Source of the DNA: Haliotis rubra
Taxonomy: Eukaryota
Direction of reading: 5' to 3'
Length of the DNA stretch: 64,000 nt
NCBI RefSeq assembly: GCF_003918875.1
Contig: NW_025767538.1
Span: forward strand, 186,001 to 250,000
Shown here: positions 62,639-64,000 of the stretch, piece by piece
How the letters are laid out: each line of letters starts with the position of its first letter
Position numbering within the stretch: the first letter of the stretch is position 1
The notes under the pieces: model-generated
Told to the model about the DNA's origin: nothing
Databases searched by the model: none
Seen by the model: only the letters and a program-made list of their open reading frames with translations
Program-made: the position numbers and the translations under genes

Positions 62639-64000
62639 AACATCTAGTTTCAATTGTTCCTACCAAATAGCAAACATGTTTATAACATCTAGTTTCAATT
62701 GTTCCTACCAAATAGCAAACATGTTTATAACATCTAGTGTCAATTGTTCCTACCAAATAGCAAACATGTTTATAACATCTAGTGTCAATTGTTCCTACCA
62801 AATAGCAAACATGTTTATAACATCTAGTTTCAATTGTTCCTACCAAATAGCAAACATGTTTATAACATCTAGTTTTAATTGTTCCTAAAATAGCAAACAT
62901 GTTTATAACATCTAGTGTCAATTGTTCCTAAATAGCAAACATGTTTATAACATCTAGTGTCAATTGTTCCTACCAAATAGCAAACATGTTTATAACATCT
63001 AGTGTCAATTGTTCCTACCAAATAGCAAACATGTTTATAACATCTAGTGTCAATTGTTCCTACCAAATAGCAAACATGTTTATAACATCTAGTTTTAATT
63101 GTTCCTACCATGTTTATAACATCTAGTGTCAAATAGCAAACATGTTTATAACATCTAGTTTTAATTGTTCCTACCAAATAGCAAACATGTTTATAACATC
63201 TAGTTTTAATTGTTCCTACCAAATAGCAAACATGTTTATAACATCTAGTTTTAATTGTTCCTACCAAATAGCAAACATGTTTATAACATCCAGTGTCAAT
63301 TGTTCCTACCAAATAGCAAACATGTTTATAACATCTAGTTTTAATTGTTCCTACCAAATAGCAAACATGTTTATAACATCTAGTTTTAATTGTTCCTACC
63401 AAATAGCAAACATGTTTATAACATCTAGTTTTAATTGTTCCTACCAAATAGCAAACATGTTTATAACATCTAGTGTCAATTGTTCCTACCAAATAGCAAA
63501 CATGTTTATAACATCTAGTGTCAATTGTTCCTACCAAATAGCAAACATGTTTATAACATCTAGTGTCAATTGTTCCTACCAAATAGCAAACATGTTTATA
63601 ACATCTAGTGTCAATTGTTCCTACCAAATAGCAAACATGTTTATAACATCTACAATCTACCAAATAGCAAACATGTTTATAACATCTAGTGTCAATTGTT
63701 CCTACCAAATAGCAAACATGTTTATAACATCTAGTGTCAATTGTTCCTACCAAATAGCAAACATGTTTATAACATCTAGTGTCAATTGTTCCTACCAAAT
63801 AGCAAACATGTTTATAAATCTAGTGTCATGTTTATTGTTCCTACCAAATACATTTAGTCTTCAATTGTTCCTACCAAATAGCAAACATGTTTATAACATC
63901 TAGTGTCAATTGTTCCTACCAAATAGCAAACATGTTTATAACATCTAGTGTCAATTGTTCCTACCAAATAGCAAACATGTTTATTACATCTAGTTTCAAT
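62639..64000. repeat. 45-bp minisatellite, truncated at the window edge
   Basis: aacatctagtgtcaattgttcctaccaaatagcaaacatgtttat. Confidence 0.97.

Overview
Eukaryotic (metazoan) genomic DNA rich in introns and repeats. The SINE families and minisatellite load suggest a mollusc, possibly abalone (inference). Three spliced genes were reconstructed by hand with phase-consistent GT-AG junctions. (1) The last 7 coding exons of the DEAH-box splicing helicase DHX38/PRP16 (+, 15671-22402); positions 1-15670 are apparently one long intron. (2) A nearly complete Na+/H+ exchanger SLC9A8/NHE8 (-, 50031-24319; 15 visible exons, about 608 aa), with one U12-type intron and one exon mostly absent from this sequence. 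(3) An Mpv17/PMP22-family gene (+, 51944-58152, 170 aa), head-to-head with NHE8. Close to half of the window is locus-specific minisatellite, which explains nearly all long ORFs in the track. The rest includes decayed CR1/L2-group LINEs, three SINE families, MITEs (including an inverted pair of Kolobok-type elements bracketing the shared promoter) and a Helentron-like element. The most unusual signal is that many minisatellite units are copies of exon-intron junctions (exon end plus donor, or acceptor plus exon start), giving ladders of decoy splice sites next to real exons. This pattern reveals a missing NHE8 exon and predicts unannotated exons near the right edge.
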